A stretch of 64,000 nucleotides of DNA, from positions 768,001-832,000 of the forward strand of contig CAVYGB010000008.1 in assembly GCA_963767925.1 (NCBI GenBank). Direction: 5' to 3'. The notes below the pieces were generated by a model. The model made no database searches, was not told the origin of the DNA, and saw nothing but the letters and a program-made list of their open reading frames with translations. Source of the DNA: an uncultured delta proteobacterium. GTDB taxonomy: Bacteria > Myxococcota_A > Polyangia > Fen-1088. The position numbers and the translations under genes are program-made. Every line of letters begins with the position of its first letter. Position 1 is the stretch's first letter. Of the stretch, positions 29,374-44,268 are shown piece after piece.

Positions 29374-30063
29374 CTACTGTCCTGGAGAACGCATCTTATA
29401 CCCCACGTGCCGCACAGTCTCGATGACATCGCCGCCCGTTCCCAGCTTGGCGCGTAGCCGCCGCACGTGGATGTCCACTGTGCGGGTGTTGCCGGTGTAC
29501 CGGTAGCCCCAGACCCGCGACAGGAGCTGCTCGCGGGTGAACACGCGCCCGGCGCCTGCGGCCAGGAACTTCAGGAGCTGGAACTCCTGACGCGGCAGCT
29601 TGAGGGCCCGGCCCCGGTGGGTGACCTCGACGGCCACGGTGTCGATGACGAGGTCGCCGAGCTTGATCCGGCCGGCCGCCCGGAAAGACGACAGCCGCCA
29701 GTCGAGCTGCCGGACCCGGGCATAGAGCTCGGGGCCCACGATGGGGGAGAGGATGAAGTCGTCGACGCCTAGCTCGGGGTCGAGGTTGGGCAGACGCGAC
29801 ACCTCCACGCAGAGGAGCACGGGGATGTCGGTCAGCGAGCTCACCTGACGCACCCGCTTGACGGCCGCCCGGCCGACCTCGAGGTAACCGCCGGCGTCGA
29901 TCACCACCACCGACGGGCGGGGATGTTCGATGTCGTCGGGCAGATCGTCGAGGTCGTATCCGACCGCGGTCACCGTGCACCCCAGCTCGTGCAGGCATGC
30001 GGCAGGCGTATCGGGCTCGTTGACCGCAGAGCCAGGTTTCGATGTGACAACTAGAGCGCGCAT
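29374..30063 (-). CDS. Atypical OmpR-family response regulator, GlnR-like
   Basis: Winged-helix EFQLLKFL..GRVFTREQLLSRVWGY..TRTVDIHVRRLRAKLG; degenerate receiver domain. Confidence 0.85.
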   Translation of the reverse strand: MRALVVTSKPGSAVNEPDTPAACLHELGCTVTAVGYDLDDLPDDIEHPRPSVVVIDAGGYLEVGRAAVKRVRQVSSLTDIPVLLCVEVSRLPNLDPELGVDDFILSPIVGPELYARVRQLDWRLSSFRAAGRIKLGDLVIDTVAVEVTHRGRALKLPRQEFQLLKFLAAGAGRVFTREQLLSRVWGYRYTGNTRTVDIHVRRLRAKLGTGGDVIETVRHVGYKMRSPGQ

Positions 30064-30155
30064 TACTTAGAAACATACGATGTGGGTGCGAATAGCAAGC
30101 CGGGTTTCACGGCGAATACCTGCAATGAGCACCGTCGCATGTATCCGGAGGCCTC

Positions 30156-30173
30156 TGAAACAATCAGGTTTCA
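30156..30173. promoter_or_regulatory. Palindromic operator candidate TGAAAC-N6-GTTTCA
   Basis: Perfect 6-bp inverted repeat in the AT-rich region between the regulator and gltB. Confidence 0.45.
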
Positions 30174-30394
30174 ATGTTTCCGAATCATTTCGGCTCCAAA
30201 ACCACGGGCCAGGGTGGGCAAAGGTGATTTACAGGCGTCGAAAGTGGGTGCTAGGTTTTCGAATTCAGTAAGGACCTGCTGGCTGATCTGGGGGGCGTCA
30301 CTGCATGACCTGCGCGGGTTTCCGCTCGGGCCGCACCCAGCGCGGAACGCCGCGCGGAAAGGCTGCGGCAGGCGCAGGGAGGCCGAAAGCAGTC

Positions 30395-35030
<4,636 letters not shown>

Positions 35031-35050
35031 CCGGACCGAGGCGATAGCAG

Positions 35051-36546
35051 ATGGGCAAGCCGACCGGCTTCATGGAGTATGCGCGGACCGTCCCGCTGTC
35101 GCGCCACCCGCGCGAGCGGGTGCGCGACTGGAACGAGTTCCACGAGCACCTGTCCGGAGGAGGACGCTGCGGCACCAGGGTGCGCGCTGCATGGACTGCG
35201 GCGTCCCCTTCTGCCACACCGGCAAGATGATCGAAGGGTCGGCGGCGGGCTGTCCGCTGCACAACCTGATCCCGGAGTGGAACGACCTGGTCTACCGGGG
35301 ACGCTGGCGGGAGGCGCTCGATCGCCTGCACATGACCAACAACTTCCCCGAGTTCACCGGGCGGGTCTGCCCGGCGCCCTGTGAAGGGTCCTGTGTCCTC
35401 GGCATCAACGCCCCGCCGGTGACCATCAAGAACATCGAGGTCTCGATCGTCGACACGCGGCTTCGAGATGGGCTGGATCGTGCCGGAGCCGCCCGCTGCG
35501 GCGCACGGGCAAGAAGGTGGCGGTGGTCGGCTCGGGACCGGCGGGCCTGGCCGCCGCCGCCGAGCTGAACAAGGCCGGCCACGCCGTCACCGTGTTCGAG
35601 CGCGCCGATCGCATCGGCGGTCTGCTGACCTACGGCATCCCGCCCATGAAGCTCGACAAGGAGCTGGTCGATCGGCGGGTCAAGCTGCTCGAGGCCGAAG
35701 GGGATCACCTTCGTGACCAACACCGAGGTGGGCAAGAACTTCCCGACCGATCGGCTGCGGGCCGAGTTCGACGCCCTGGTCCTCGCCGGCGGCGCCACCT
35801 TGGCCCGCGACCTGCAAGGTGCCGGGCCGGGAGCTGCCCGGCATCCACTACGCGATGGACTTCCTGACCCTGTCGACCAAGAGCCTGCTCGACAGCGGGC
35901 ATGGCCGACGGGCGTTACCTCTCGGCCGAGGGCAAGTACGGTGGTGGTCATCGGCGGCGGCGACACCGGGACCGACTGCGTGGGCACCGCCCTCCGCCAC
36001 GGCTGCAAGAGCCTGGTCCAGCTCGAGATCATGCCCCGACCGCCGGAGGACCGGGCCGTCGACAACCCCTGGCCGCAGTGGCCCAAGGTCTACCGGCTGG
36101 ACTACGGCCAGGAGGAGGCGGCCGCCATCTTCGGCGCCGATCCCCGCCAGTACGCGGTCACCACCAAGCGCTTCGTCGCCGGCCCCGACGGCAACCTGGC
36201 CGCCATGGTCGTCGCCGAGCTGAAGAAGGTGCCGGGGCCCACGGGGGGCCTGCGCTTCGAGGAGGTGCCCGGCAGCGAGCGGACCTTGCCCGCCGACCTG
36301 GTGCTGCTGGCGATGGGCTTTCTGGGCCCCGAGCGCGAAGGGCTGCTGGTCGACCTGGCCGTCGAGCTGGATGGCCGGGGCAACGTCAAGGTCGACGAGA
36401 AGAAGATGACCAGCGTGCCCGGCGTCTTCGCGGCCGGGGACATGTCGCGCGGTCAGTCCCTCATCGTGTGGGCGATCGCCGAGGGCCGGGAGGCGGCCCG
36501 CGGCGTCGACGCCTACCTGATGGGCGGCCAGACCGTCCTCTCCTGA
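35051..36546 (+). CDS. gltD: Glutamate synthase small subunit; frameshifted
   Basis: [65 protein letters not shown]. Confidence 0.93.
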
Positions 36547-36548
36547 GC

Positions 36549-36569
36549 GGCGGCGGCCTCGCCGCCGCC
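36549..36569. terminator. GC hairpin between convergent gltD and araD1-like genes
   Basis: GGCGGCGGC-CTC-GCCGCCGCC, 9-bp stem. Confidence 0.4.
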
Positions 36570-36607
36570 TTGCCGTCTTCTCCCGAGGGCCGGCGCCGGG
36601 CGGGCCG

Positions 36608-37600
36608 CTAGAGGACGCGCACCGCCGGGACCGCGGTGGCCACCGCCTCGACCCGGTTGCGCAAAGGCCGCCCGAAGGGGGGAGCGCTGATCTCGAACAC
36701 GTCACCCGGCTCGGTCACCACGCCGTCGGTGGCGGAGACGGTGCTGGTGCCCAGGAAGTGCAGGTGGACGTCGCCGGGGCGGCGGAACATCGGGTACTTG
36801 AACTGGTGGTACTCCAGGTTGGCCACCGAATGGCTCATGTTGGCCTCGCCCGACACGAAGGGCTTCTCCCAGATGACCTTCCCCTTCCGCAGGAGGCGGG
36901 TTGTCCCGGAGATCTCGGGGGGGAGCTCGCCGAGCAGGAGCTCCGGCCCGACCGCCGAGGGGCGGAGCTTGGAGTGGGCCAGGTAGAGGTAGTTCTGCCG
37001 CTCCATCACGTGGTCGGTAAAGTCGTTGCCGAGCGCCCAGCCCACCCGGCAGGGGACGCCGCCCTCGGCGATGACGTACATGCCGACCACCTCGGGCTCC
37101 TCCCCGCCGTCGAGGGCGAAGTCGGGGACGCCGAGCGGCTGGCCCGAGGCGACGAGGCCGGCGCCGTTGCCCCGGAAGAACCACTCCGGCTGGACGCCGA
37201 CGCTGCCCGGCTCGGGCTTGCCGCGCTCCACGCCCCAGCGGAAAAGCTTCATGCTGTCCGAGAGGGAGCCCTCGGGCGGGGCCAGCTTGGTGTGCATGCG
37301 ATCGCGCGCCTCGGCGCTGCCGAGGTGGGTCAAGCCGGTCCCCGTGACCCAGCAGCGCGTGGGCACCGGGTGCTCGAGCGGCGGCAGCAGGCGGCCCTCG
37401 CTCTCGGCGGCGTCGAGATCGATCGTCTCCCGGGACTGGGCCTCGCTCGCCAGGTCGGCGATGCGCTGCCCGGTCTCGATGGCTTCCAGCGCCAGCTCGT
37501 AGGTGGTCTCCACGCCCTCGAGGCGAAGCGCCTTGCCGTCTTCGTTGACGGCGGCCACCGCCCGGCGTCCCTGCGGATCTCGGAGCTGCACCAATCTCAT
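36608..37600 (-). CDS. AraD1/GguC-like fumarylacetoacetate-hydrolase-family protein
   Basis: MRLVQ, GTGLTHLGSA, VQPEWF, DGGEEPE, NYLYLAHSKLR, GEANMSHS. Confidence 0.85.
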   Translation of the reverse strand: MRLVQLRDPQGRRAVAAVNEDGKALRLEGVETTYELALEAIETGQRIADLASEAQSRETIDLDAAESEGRLLPPLEHPVPTRCWVTGTGLTHLGSAEARDRMHTKLAPPEGSLSDSMKLFRWGVERGKPEPGSVGVQPEWFFRGNGAGLVASGQPLGVPDFALDGGEEPEVVGMYVIAEGGVPCRVGWALGNDFTDHVMERQNYLYLAHSKLRPSAVGPELLLGELPPEISGTTRLLRKGKVIWEKPFVSGEANMSHSVANLEYHQFKYPMFRRPGDVHLHFLGTSTVSATDGVVTEPGDVFEISAPPFGRPLRNRVEAVATAVPAVRVL

Positions 37601-37619
37601 GTGGCGCGGGTTTACCACG

Positions 37620-38489
37620 TCAGCGCCTGCCCCGGATCGCGCCGAGGGCGATCCGGCCCAGCCAGGCCAGCAGCAAGAGCAGGCTGGCGACCATGGTCTG
37701 GGTCCCCCCCACCGGGAGCTCGAAGAAGAAGGCCGCCAGATAGCCGGCGCCCGCCGCCAGGGCGCCCAGCAGGGCCGCCACCAGCGCCGCCCAGGAGAGC
37801 TGCAGGCCCAGCGCCAGGGCGGTGACCGCCGGGAGGGTGCCCAGGGCGAAGACCGGCAGGGCGCCCAGCGCGCGCGCCGACACGCCCACCATGGCCCCCA
37901 CCGAGGCCAGGAGGAAGGCGTTGAGGAAGCGGACCGGCAGCCCCTGGACCCGGGCCGCGTCGGGGTCGAAGCTGGCGAACACCAGCCCCCGCCACCACAA
38001 GATGTGCAGGATGAGGACCAGCGCGCCGGTCACCCCCACCACCGCCAGATCCACCGGGCGGACGAGGACCGCCGACCCGAACAGGATCGAGTGGATGTCG
38101 TGGGCCTCCTGCACGATGCGGTCCTCGATCACGATGGTGGCCCCCCCGGTCACGGCGAAGGCGAACCCCAGCATGCTCTCGCGGGGGAGGCGGTAAGCCC
38201 GGGGATCGACGGAGAGCAGCAGGGTGGAGCCGAGGGCCAGCCCGATGGCGCCCACGATGGGATCGACGCTCAGCCCCAGGTGGATCTCGGCGAAGAAGGC
38301 CAGGGCCACCCCCAGCGCCGAGGCCTGGGTGACGGCCACGCTGACGAAGACCATGCGCCGGAGGACGACGTACACGCCGAGGAAGCCGAGCACGGTGCCG
38401 GCGATGAGGGCGCACAGGACCGGGTCGCGGAACAGCTCCCAGGCCGCCAGGAAGCCGGCCCAGGTCGGTGCCTCCACCGCCCCTTGCAT
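37620..38489 (-). CDS. Zn/Mn ABC transporter permease (ZnuB-like)
   Basis: LGVYVVLRRMVF, ILFGS, SFDPDAARVQG; multiple TM helices. Confidence 0.9.
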   Translation of the reverse strand: MQGAVEAPTWAGFLAAWELFRDPVLCALIAGTVLGFLGVYVVLRRMVFVSVAVTQASALGVALAFFAEIHLGLSVDPIVGAIGLALGSTLLLSVDPRAYRLPRESMLGFAFAVTGGATIVIEDRIVQEAHDIHSILFGSAVLVRPVDLAVVGVTGALVLILHILWWRGLVFASFDPDAARVQGLPVRFLNAFLLASVGAMVGVSARALGALPVFALGTLPAVTALALGLQLSWAALVAALLGALAAGAGYLAAFFFELPVGGTQTMVASLLLLLAWLGRIALGAIRGRR

Positions 38490-39214
38490 CAGCCGACCTC
38501 CCCGTATTGCCGCCGGAAGGTGGGGTGGGCAAAGATGACGTCGGGCAGGTCGTAGAGGGCCACGCCGTCGTCGCGGTCGAGGTAGAGGACCCGATCGGCG
38601 AAGCGGCGCACCAGCCCGAGCAGGTGGGTGATGATCACCACCGACATGCCCCGCTCCCGGGTCTGCTCGCGCAGCAGGGCCATGGTTCGCTGCTCGGCCA
38701 CCGCGTCCATGGCAGCGGTCGGCTCGTCGAGAAAGGCCAGATCGGCGCCGGCCGCCAGCACCCGGGCCAGCAACACGCGTTGCTTCTGGCCTTCCGACAG
38801 ATCGCGCACGAAGGCGTCGGCCAGGTCGGTGGCCTGGGCGGCAGCCAGCGCGGCGTCCGCCCGCCGTTGCATCGGGTCGAGGCGCGCGCCCCGCAGGAAG
38901 CCCCAGCCGGTGAGCGTCCCCCAGGAGGCCACGTCGCGGGCCCGCACCGGGACCAGGGGGTCGACGGTGGAGGCCTGTGGCATGTAGGCCAGGCGGGGCA
39001 GGGGATGGGGCCGGCGAACCGCGCCTCCGACCGCCGGCTGGAAGCCGAGCAGCGTCTTGAACAGGGTGCTCTTGCCGGATCCGTTGCGGCCCAGCACGGC
39101 GACGGTGGTCCCGCGGCGGATGCTCGCGTCGATGGGCGGCAGCAGCGCCCGGCCCCGGTGGCCGATCACCAGCCGGTCGCAGCGGAGCAGCTCGTCTCCC
39201 GGCTCAGAGCGCAT
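38489..39214 (-). CDS. Zn/Mn ABC transporter ATP-binding protein (ZnuC-like)
   Basis: GRNGSGKST, YMPQ, LSEGQKQR, LDEPT, ITH. Confidence 0.9.
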   Translation of the reverse strand: MRSEPGDELLRCDRLVIGHRGRALLPPIDASIRRGTTVAVLGRNGSGKSTLFKTLLGFQPAVGGAVRRPHPLPRLAYMPQASTVDPLVPVRARDVASWGTLTGWGFLRGARLDPMQRRADAALAAAQATDLADAFVRDLSEGQKQRVLLARVLAAGADLAFLDEPTAAMDAVAEQRTMALLREQTRERGMSVVIITHLLGLVRRFADRVLYLDRDDGVALYDLPDVIFAHPTFRRQYGEVG

Positions 39215-39677
39215 CGGCCTCGGTCTCGAGGACCAGCCCCACCGTCGCCCGGGTGTTGCCGGGTCCGCCGAGGGTGAGCGCCTGGGACCCGACCCCCACG
39301 TCGAACTCGTACCAGGCGGCCAGCTCGGGACAGGGCCCCCCCTTCCCGCTGTCCGAGGGCGTCACCTGGCCGGCCATGGCGTTGCCGAGCTGGACGGGGA
39401 CGTCGTCGGCCAGGAACACGAGGAGCCGCCCGCGCAAGGTGGAGGCGAAGCGGACGGTGCCCGCCCGTCCGCCCGACGAGGCTGGCAGGGCCACGTCGTA
39501 GCGGGTGTGGGTCGCCACCTCGGGGGCGCTGGCCGCCGAGCCGGTCGCGCCGATGGGCGAGGGGATGGCGGTGAGGTGCTCGCAGGCTTCGGCGAAAGGG
39601 TCCTGCGGGCCGAGCACGTCGCAGCCGAGCGCGAGCGTGGCCAGCAGGAGGGCGCCGGTGAGCCGGGTGAGGCTCAC
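39204..39677 (-). CDS. Hypothetical lipoprotein inside the metal ABC operon
   Basis: GTG start overlaps the upstream stop; lipobox LALGC; EACEH motif. Confidence 0.7.
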   Translation of the reverse strand: MSLTRLTGALLLATLALGCDVLGPQDPFAEACEHLTAIPSPIGATGSAASAPEVATHTRYDVALPASSGGRAGTVRFASTLRGRLLVFLADDVPVQLGNAMAGQVTPSDSGKGGPCPELAAWYEFDVGVGSQALTLGGPGNTRATVGLVLETEADAL

Positions 39678-40591
39678 GAGGCCCCTCCCAGCGCCTTGGC
39701 CAGGGCGGCCACCACCCGCCCGACGTGATCGAGGTAGGTCTCCCCCCCGGGAAAGTTCGTCGCCGCCGGCACGCGCAGCAGCGGCGCCGGGATGCGGTCT
39801 GCCACCAGCTTCGAGGTGGAGTCGGGATAGTGCTCCTCCTGCAAGATCAGGCGGACCTTGCGCTGGCGGGCCAGGGCCAGGAGCTGGGCCACGTGGCGAG
39901 GATTGGGGGGCACCCCCGGCTTGGCCTCGAGAAAGCCGATCGGCTCGAGGTGCAGCCAGTCGCACAGATAGGTCCAGGTCTTGTGGTAGCCGACCACCGG
40001 CACGCCCCGGAACGGGGCCAGCGTCTTCTCCCATCCGGCGCGGGCGGCCTGCAGCCGCTTGACCAGGCCGTCGGCGCCGCTGCGGTAGCGGCCGGCGTGC
40101 CCGGGATCGATCTGGGCGAGCCGGGCGGCGATGCCGGCGGCGACGCGCTCGGCGGAGCGAGGATCGTAAAGGTAGTGGGGGTTGCCGCCGGGGTGGATGT
40201 CCCCCTGGCTGCGATCGAGCGCCTGCCCGGGCAGGTCGAGCTTGCTGACGAACTGCGAGCAGTCGAGGTGGCCGGGGGCACCCGCCTGGATCTTGCCGTT
40301 GCGGGCGCCGACCAGCAGCGTGGGCAGCCAGCCCACCTCGAGGTCGAGGCCGACCAGCAGCAGCAGGTCGGCCCGGTTGAGCTCGAGGGCGAGGCTCGGC
40401 TTGGCGTCGACGAAATGGGGATCCTGGGTGGGCAGCGACAGGGACCGGACGTTCACGAGGTTCCCCCCGATCTCGCGGGCCAGGGCGGCCAGGTCGGGCA
40501 CGGTGGCCACCACCCGCACTTCGGCGCGCGCGGGGAGGCTGCCGCCGAGGGCAGTGAGGAAGGAAACGGCGATCGTAAGAAGAGCACGCAT
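39674..40591 (-). CDS. Zn/Mn ABC transporter substrate-binding protein (ZnuA/TroA-like)
   Basis: Signal peptide; QDPHFV, GLDLEVGWL, DIHPGGNPHY, YHKTW, EAKPGVPP. Confidence 0.92.
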   Translation of the reverse strand: MRALLTIAVSFLTALGGSLPARAEVRVVATVPDLAALAREIGGNLVNVRSLSLPTQDPHFVDAKPSLALELNRADLLLLVGLDLEVGWLPTLLVGARNGKIQAGAPGHLDCSQFVSKLDLPGQALDRSQGDIHPGGNPHYLYDPRSAERVAAGIAARLAQIDPGHAGRYRSGADGLVKRLQAARAGWEKTLAPFRGVPVVGYHKTWTYLCDWLHLEPIGFLEAKPGVPPNPRHVAQLLALARQRKVRLILQEEHYPDSTSKLVADRIPAPLLRVPAATNFPGGETYLDHVGRVVAALAKALGGAS

Positions 40592-40731
40592 GGTCGTTCT
40601 CCCGGAAAAGAGGTCGGGTTCTGGCTCCGCCCGGAGCCGCTCTGGGGGTCGCGCTGGGCGCGGCGGGACGTCGCTTGCTGACGTCGTGGACCGTCGTCGG
40701 TCGTGGTCGGAGGGACGGACGCGGTCCGACG

Positions 40732-41142
40732 TCAGACGGGCGGAGCGGGCGGTGAGCTCTTGGGAGCCAGGCGCAGGAGGGCCACGGGGGCGGGCGGCTC
40801 GACGCGGTCGCGCCAGCCAGGGTGGATCGGGACCGGAGGCGGCCCCGCCAGGACCCCGAAGTCGGCGCGCAGGTTGGCCAGGTCGAGCCGGCGGAAGCCG
40901 GCGGCCAGGCAGTGATCGTCGGCGTGGCCCGCGCTCTCGGGGCCCAGGCGCTCGAGCCAGGGGACCGTCCGGGACAGCGGGGCAGGGCCAGGCGTCTGGC
41001 CGCCCTCGGCGTGCACCAGAGCGTCGTGCTCGAGGCAGGTGGCGTGCTGGACCAGGGCCAGGTGGACCAGGCCCAGGAGCTGGGCCATCAGGCAAAGGCC
41101 CGCCACGGCGTAGCGGAGGGGAAGTTTTGACGCCGCGAGCAA
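40732..41142 (-). CDS. His/Cys-rich leader protein ending APKSSPP (DUF2946-like); start uncertain
   Basis: Hydrophobic N-terminus, HATCLEHDALVH, HADDHC, C-terminal LLRLAPKSSPPAPPV. Confidence 0.65.
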   Translation of the reverse strand: MLAASKLPLRYAVAGLCLMAQLLGLVHLALVQHATCLEHDALVHAEGGQTPGPAPLSRTVPWLERLGPESAGHADDHCLAAGFRRLDLANLRADFGVLAGPPPVPIHPGWRDRVEPPAPVALLRLAPKSSPPAPPV

Positions 41143-41226
41143 GGAGCTGCCTCTCCCCGATCAGCTACGAGAGCGGACCGCCCCTGTCAAGCGATCGCTC
41201 GCGGCCGTCGCGCCTGCCCGCGCCGA

Positions 41227-41809
41227 TCAGGGGCGTTCGGACTCGAAGGCGGCGATGGCCGCCTCGTCCGCGAGCAGGAAGCCCAGCTCGTCGATCGCCG
41301 TTCATCAGGCAGTAGCGGGCGAAGGGATCGATGGGGAACGTCACCTTGCGTGCCGTCGGGCAGGGTCGAGGGTCTGGTCCTCGAGCGAGACGGTCACGGT
41401 CTCTCCCGGCGCGGCCAGCAGGCGGGCGTGCGACCGTCTCGTCGACGACGATGGGGCAGCAGGCCGTTCTTGAGGGCGTTGTTCCGGAAGATGTCGGCGA
41501 TCGAGGTGCTGACGACGGCCCGGAAGCCGTAGTCGTGCAGCGCCCAGGGGGCGTGCTCGCGCGAAGAGCCGCAGCCGAAGTTGTCGCCGGCGACCAGGAC
41601 GGCGGCGCCGGCCGCCTCGGGCCGGTTGAGGATGAAGTCGGGCTTGGGGGCGCCGCCGGCGTCGTAGCGCCAGTCGGCGAACAGGTGCTTGCCGATGCCC
41701 GACCTTGCGTGGTGACCTTGAGGAAGCGGGCCGGGATGATCTGGTCGGTGTCGACGTTTTCGATCGGCAGGACGACGGTCTTCGAGGAAAAGGTGACGAT
41801 GGGTTCCAT
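41227..41809 (-). CDS. leuD: 3-isopropylmalate dehydratase small subunit; frameshifted
   Basis: [57 protein letters not shown]. Confidence 0.92.
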
Positions 41810-41833
41810 GTGGGCGCTCCGTTCCTTTCCTCT

Positions 41834-43290
41834 TCAGGGTCTCGCGGCGAGGGTGCGGGCGTCGGTGATCTTGCCGGTGACGGCGGCGGCGGCGGCGGTG
41901 AGCGGGGCTGGCCAGGAAGGTGCGGCCGCCGGCGCCCTGCCGGCCCTCGAAGTTGCGGTTCGAGGTGCTGACGGCGTATTGGCCGGGCGACAGCTGGTCG
42001 CCGTTCATGGCGATGCACATCGAGCAGCCGGCCTCGCGCCACTCGGCGCCGGCCTCCTGGAACACCCGGTCGAGCCCCTCGGCCTCGGCCTGCCTTCTTG
42101 ATCCGCTGCGAGCCCGGGACCACCAGCGCGCGCACGCCCGGCGCGACCTTGCGGCCGCGCGAACACGCTGGCGGCGGCCCGCAGATCGGAGAGGCGCGAG
42201 TTGGTGCAGCTGCCGATGAAGACCACGTCGATGGGCGTGCCCGAGCAGCGGCTTGTCCGCCTCGAGCCCCATGTAGCGCAGGGCCTTCTCCATGCTGGGC
42301 GTCGTCGGGCGCCGGCACCGGCGCGGTGATCCCGATGCCCATGCCCGGGTTGGTGCCGTAGGTGATCATCGGCTCGAGCGCGGCGGCGTCGAAGCGTCTC
42401 CTCGCGGTCGAAGCGTGGCACCCTCGTCGGTGGGCAGGGCTGCGCCAGCGCGGCCAGCGCCCGGTCCCAGTCCGCGCCCTTCGGGGCGCGCGGGCGCCCG
42501 GCCAGGTACTCGATAGGTGACGTCGTCGGGGGCGATCAGCCCGGCGCGGGCGCCGGCCTCGATCGACATGTTGCAGACCGTCATGCGCTCTTCCATCGAG
42601 AGGCCGCGGATGGCGGAGCCGCGGTATTCGATGACGTGGCCGGTGCCGCCGCCGATGCCGATGCGGGCGATGACCGCGAGGATGATGTCCTTGGCGGTCA
42701 CGCCCGGGCCGCAGTTGCCCCTCGACCGTGATGGCCAGGGTCTTGGGCGGCTGCTGCAGCAGGCACTGGCGTGGCCAGCACGTGGCCCACCTCGCTGGTG
42801 CCGATGCCGAAGGCGAGCGCGCCGAAGGCGCCGTGGGTGCTGGTGTGGCTGTCGCCGCACACGATGGTCATGCCCGGCTGGGTGAGGCCCAGCTCCGGGC
42901 CGATGACGTGGACGATGCCCTGGCCTTCGCTGCCGAGGGCGTGCAGCTCGATCCCGAAGTCGCGGCAGTTGGTCTCGAGCTGGGCGATCTGGGCCGCCGC
43001 CTGGTCGTCGACGATGCGGAACTTGCCGTCCGCGCCCCGGGGCAGTGGTCGGCGTCGAGTGGTCCATGGTGGCCACCGTGCGGTCGGGCCGGCGCACGCG
43101 CAGGCCGCGCTCGCGCAGCACCGGTGAAGGCCTGGGGGGAGGTCACCTCGTGGATGAGGTGCAGGTCGATGTAGAGAATCGCGGGGGTCTGGTCGGTCGG
43201 GCGTCTGACCAGGTGCGCATCCCAGATCTTCTCGAACAGGGTGCGGGGCGCGGTGGCAGACGAGCCGGCGGGCGGCGTGACAACCGTCAT
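41834..43290 (-). CDS. leuC: 3-isopropylmalate dehydratase large subunit; frameshifted
   Basis: [69 protein letters not shown]. Confidence 0.93.
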
Positions 43291-43351
43291 GGTCCCTGGA
43301 ATGTGCGCCGCGCGCGCGGGGGGCGTCCAGTGACTTTTGCTTCCCCATTCG

Positions 43352-43366
43352 TTAAGTTCTACTTAA
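43352..43366. promoter_or_regulatory. LysR-type binding site candidate
   Basis: TTAAG-TTCTA-CTTAA dyad containing T-N11-A, overlapping the LysR start and upstream of divergent leuC. Confidence 0.55.
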
Positions 43367-44268
43367 TGATCGAGCCGAGCCTGTTGCCCGCCCTCTACGA
43401 CGCCCTCGTGGTGGCCCAGACCTCCTCGGTGGGGGAAGCCGCGCGCCGGCTGCACAAGACCCCCTCGGCGGTCTCCCAGCAGCTCCGCCGGGTGGAGGAG
43501 CACTTCGAGGTCTCCCTGTTCCAGAAGGTCGGCCGGCGCATTCGCCTCAGCCGGGCCGGCGAGACCGCCCTCGGCGCGTTGACCCGGGTGTTCGACGAGG
43601 CGGCCTCGCTGGGGACCTTGCTGGGCGAGCTGAGCGGCAAGGGGGTCACCACCTTGCGGCTGGCGGCCAGCGACTACCTCGGCGAGGCCCTGCTCCTGCC
43701 GGTCATCCGGGAGATGCTGCACGACCGCGCGCCGCTGCATTTCGAGATCACCACCACCCATTCGGCGGAGGCCGGGCGGCTGGTGGCCGAGGGGCAGGTG
43801 GACGCCGCCATGGTGAGCGTGGGCGTCGACCAGGAGCCGGGGCCCCTGGAGGTCCCGCTGTGCGTGCAGCCGTTCTACTGGGTGGCGCCCCGGCCGAGCA
43901 CCGCGCCAGGGCGGGGCGTGGCGGCGCGCCTGTCGCGCGAGCCGCTGCTGCGCCTGCTCCCCGGTAGCCGGGGCCGCCGCCTGCTCGACGAGTACCTCGG
44001 TCGGACTGGCATCCGGCCCGCTTCGACCATAGATCTACCAAACGTGTCCCTGATGCTGTCCTACACCTCGCGCGGGCTGGGCATCGGGCTGGCGCCGGGG
44101 CTGGCCACGCTGCGCCTGCCGCGCCGGCGCGTCGTGGTCGAGCGGGCCGACGTGGAGACGCTGGACGTGCGCCTGGTGCTGCGGCCGGGACTGAGCCGCA
44201 GCGAGCCGGTGCGCCGGTTCCTCGACCGCCTGGTGGAGGAGGGGAGGCGCGTGGGCGACCGGGTGTGA
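43366..44268 (+). CDS. LysR-family transcriptional regulator divergent from leuCD
   Basis: SVGEAARRLHKTPSAVSQQLRRVE..LF..GRRIRLS..G HTH; substrate-binding domain; 300 aa. Confidence 0.92.
   Translation: MIEPSLLPALYDALVVAQTSSVGEAARRLHKTPSAVSQQLRRVEEHFEVSLFQKVGRRIRLSRAGETALGALTRVFDEAASLGTLLGELSGKGVTTLRLAASDYLGEALLLPVIREMLHDRAPLHFEITTTHSAEAGRLVAEGQVDAAMVSVGVDQEPGPLEVPLCVQPFYWVAPRPSTAPGRGVAARLSREPLLRLLPGSRGRRLLDEYLGRTGIRPASTIDLPNVSLMLSYTSRGLGIGLAPGLATLRLPRRRVVVERADVETLDVRLVLRPGLSRSEPVRRFLDRLVEEGRRVGDRV

Noticed and set aside
28473..29429. N-terminal 319 aa of the 1016-aa ORF in the track
   Set aside because: Out-of-frame overlap with pheA and Arg/Gly/Pro-rich nonsense; the real start is the ATG at 28472.
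41160..41190. TTGACA-based sigma70 promoter for the metal operon leader (minus strand)
   Set aside because: The -35 is perfect but there is no convincing TANNNT at 16-18 nt spacing, and no clear Zur/Fur box was seen.
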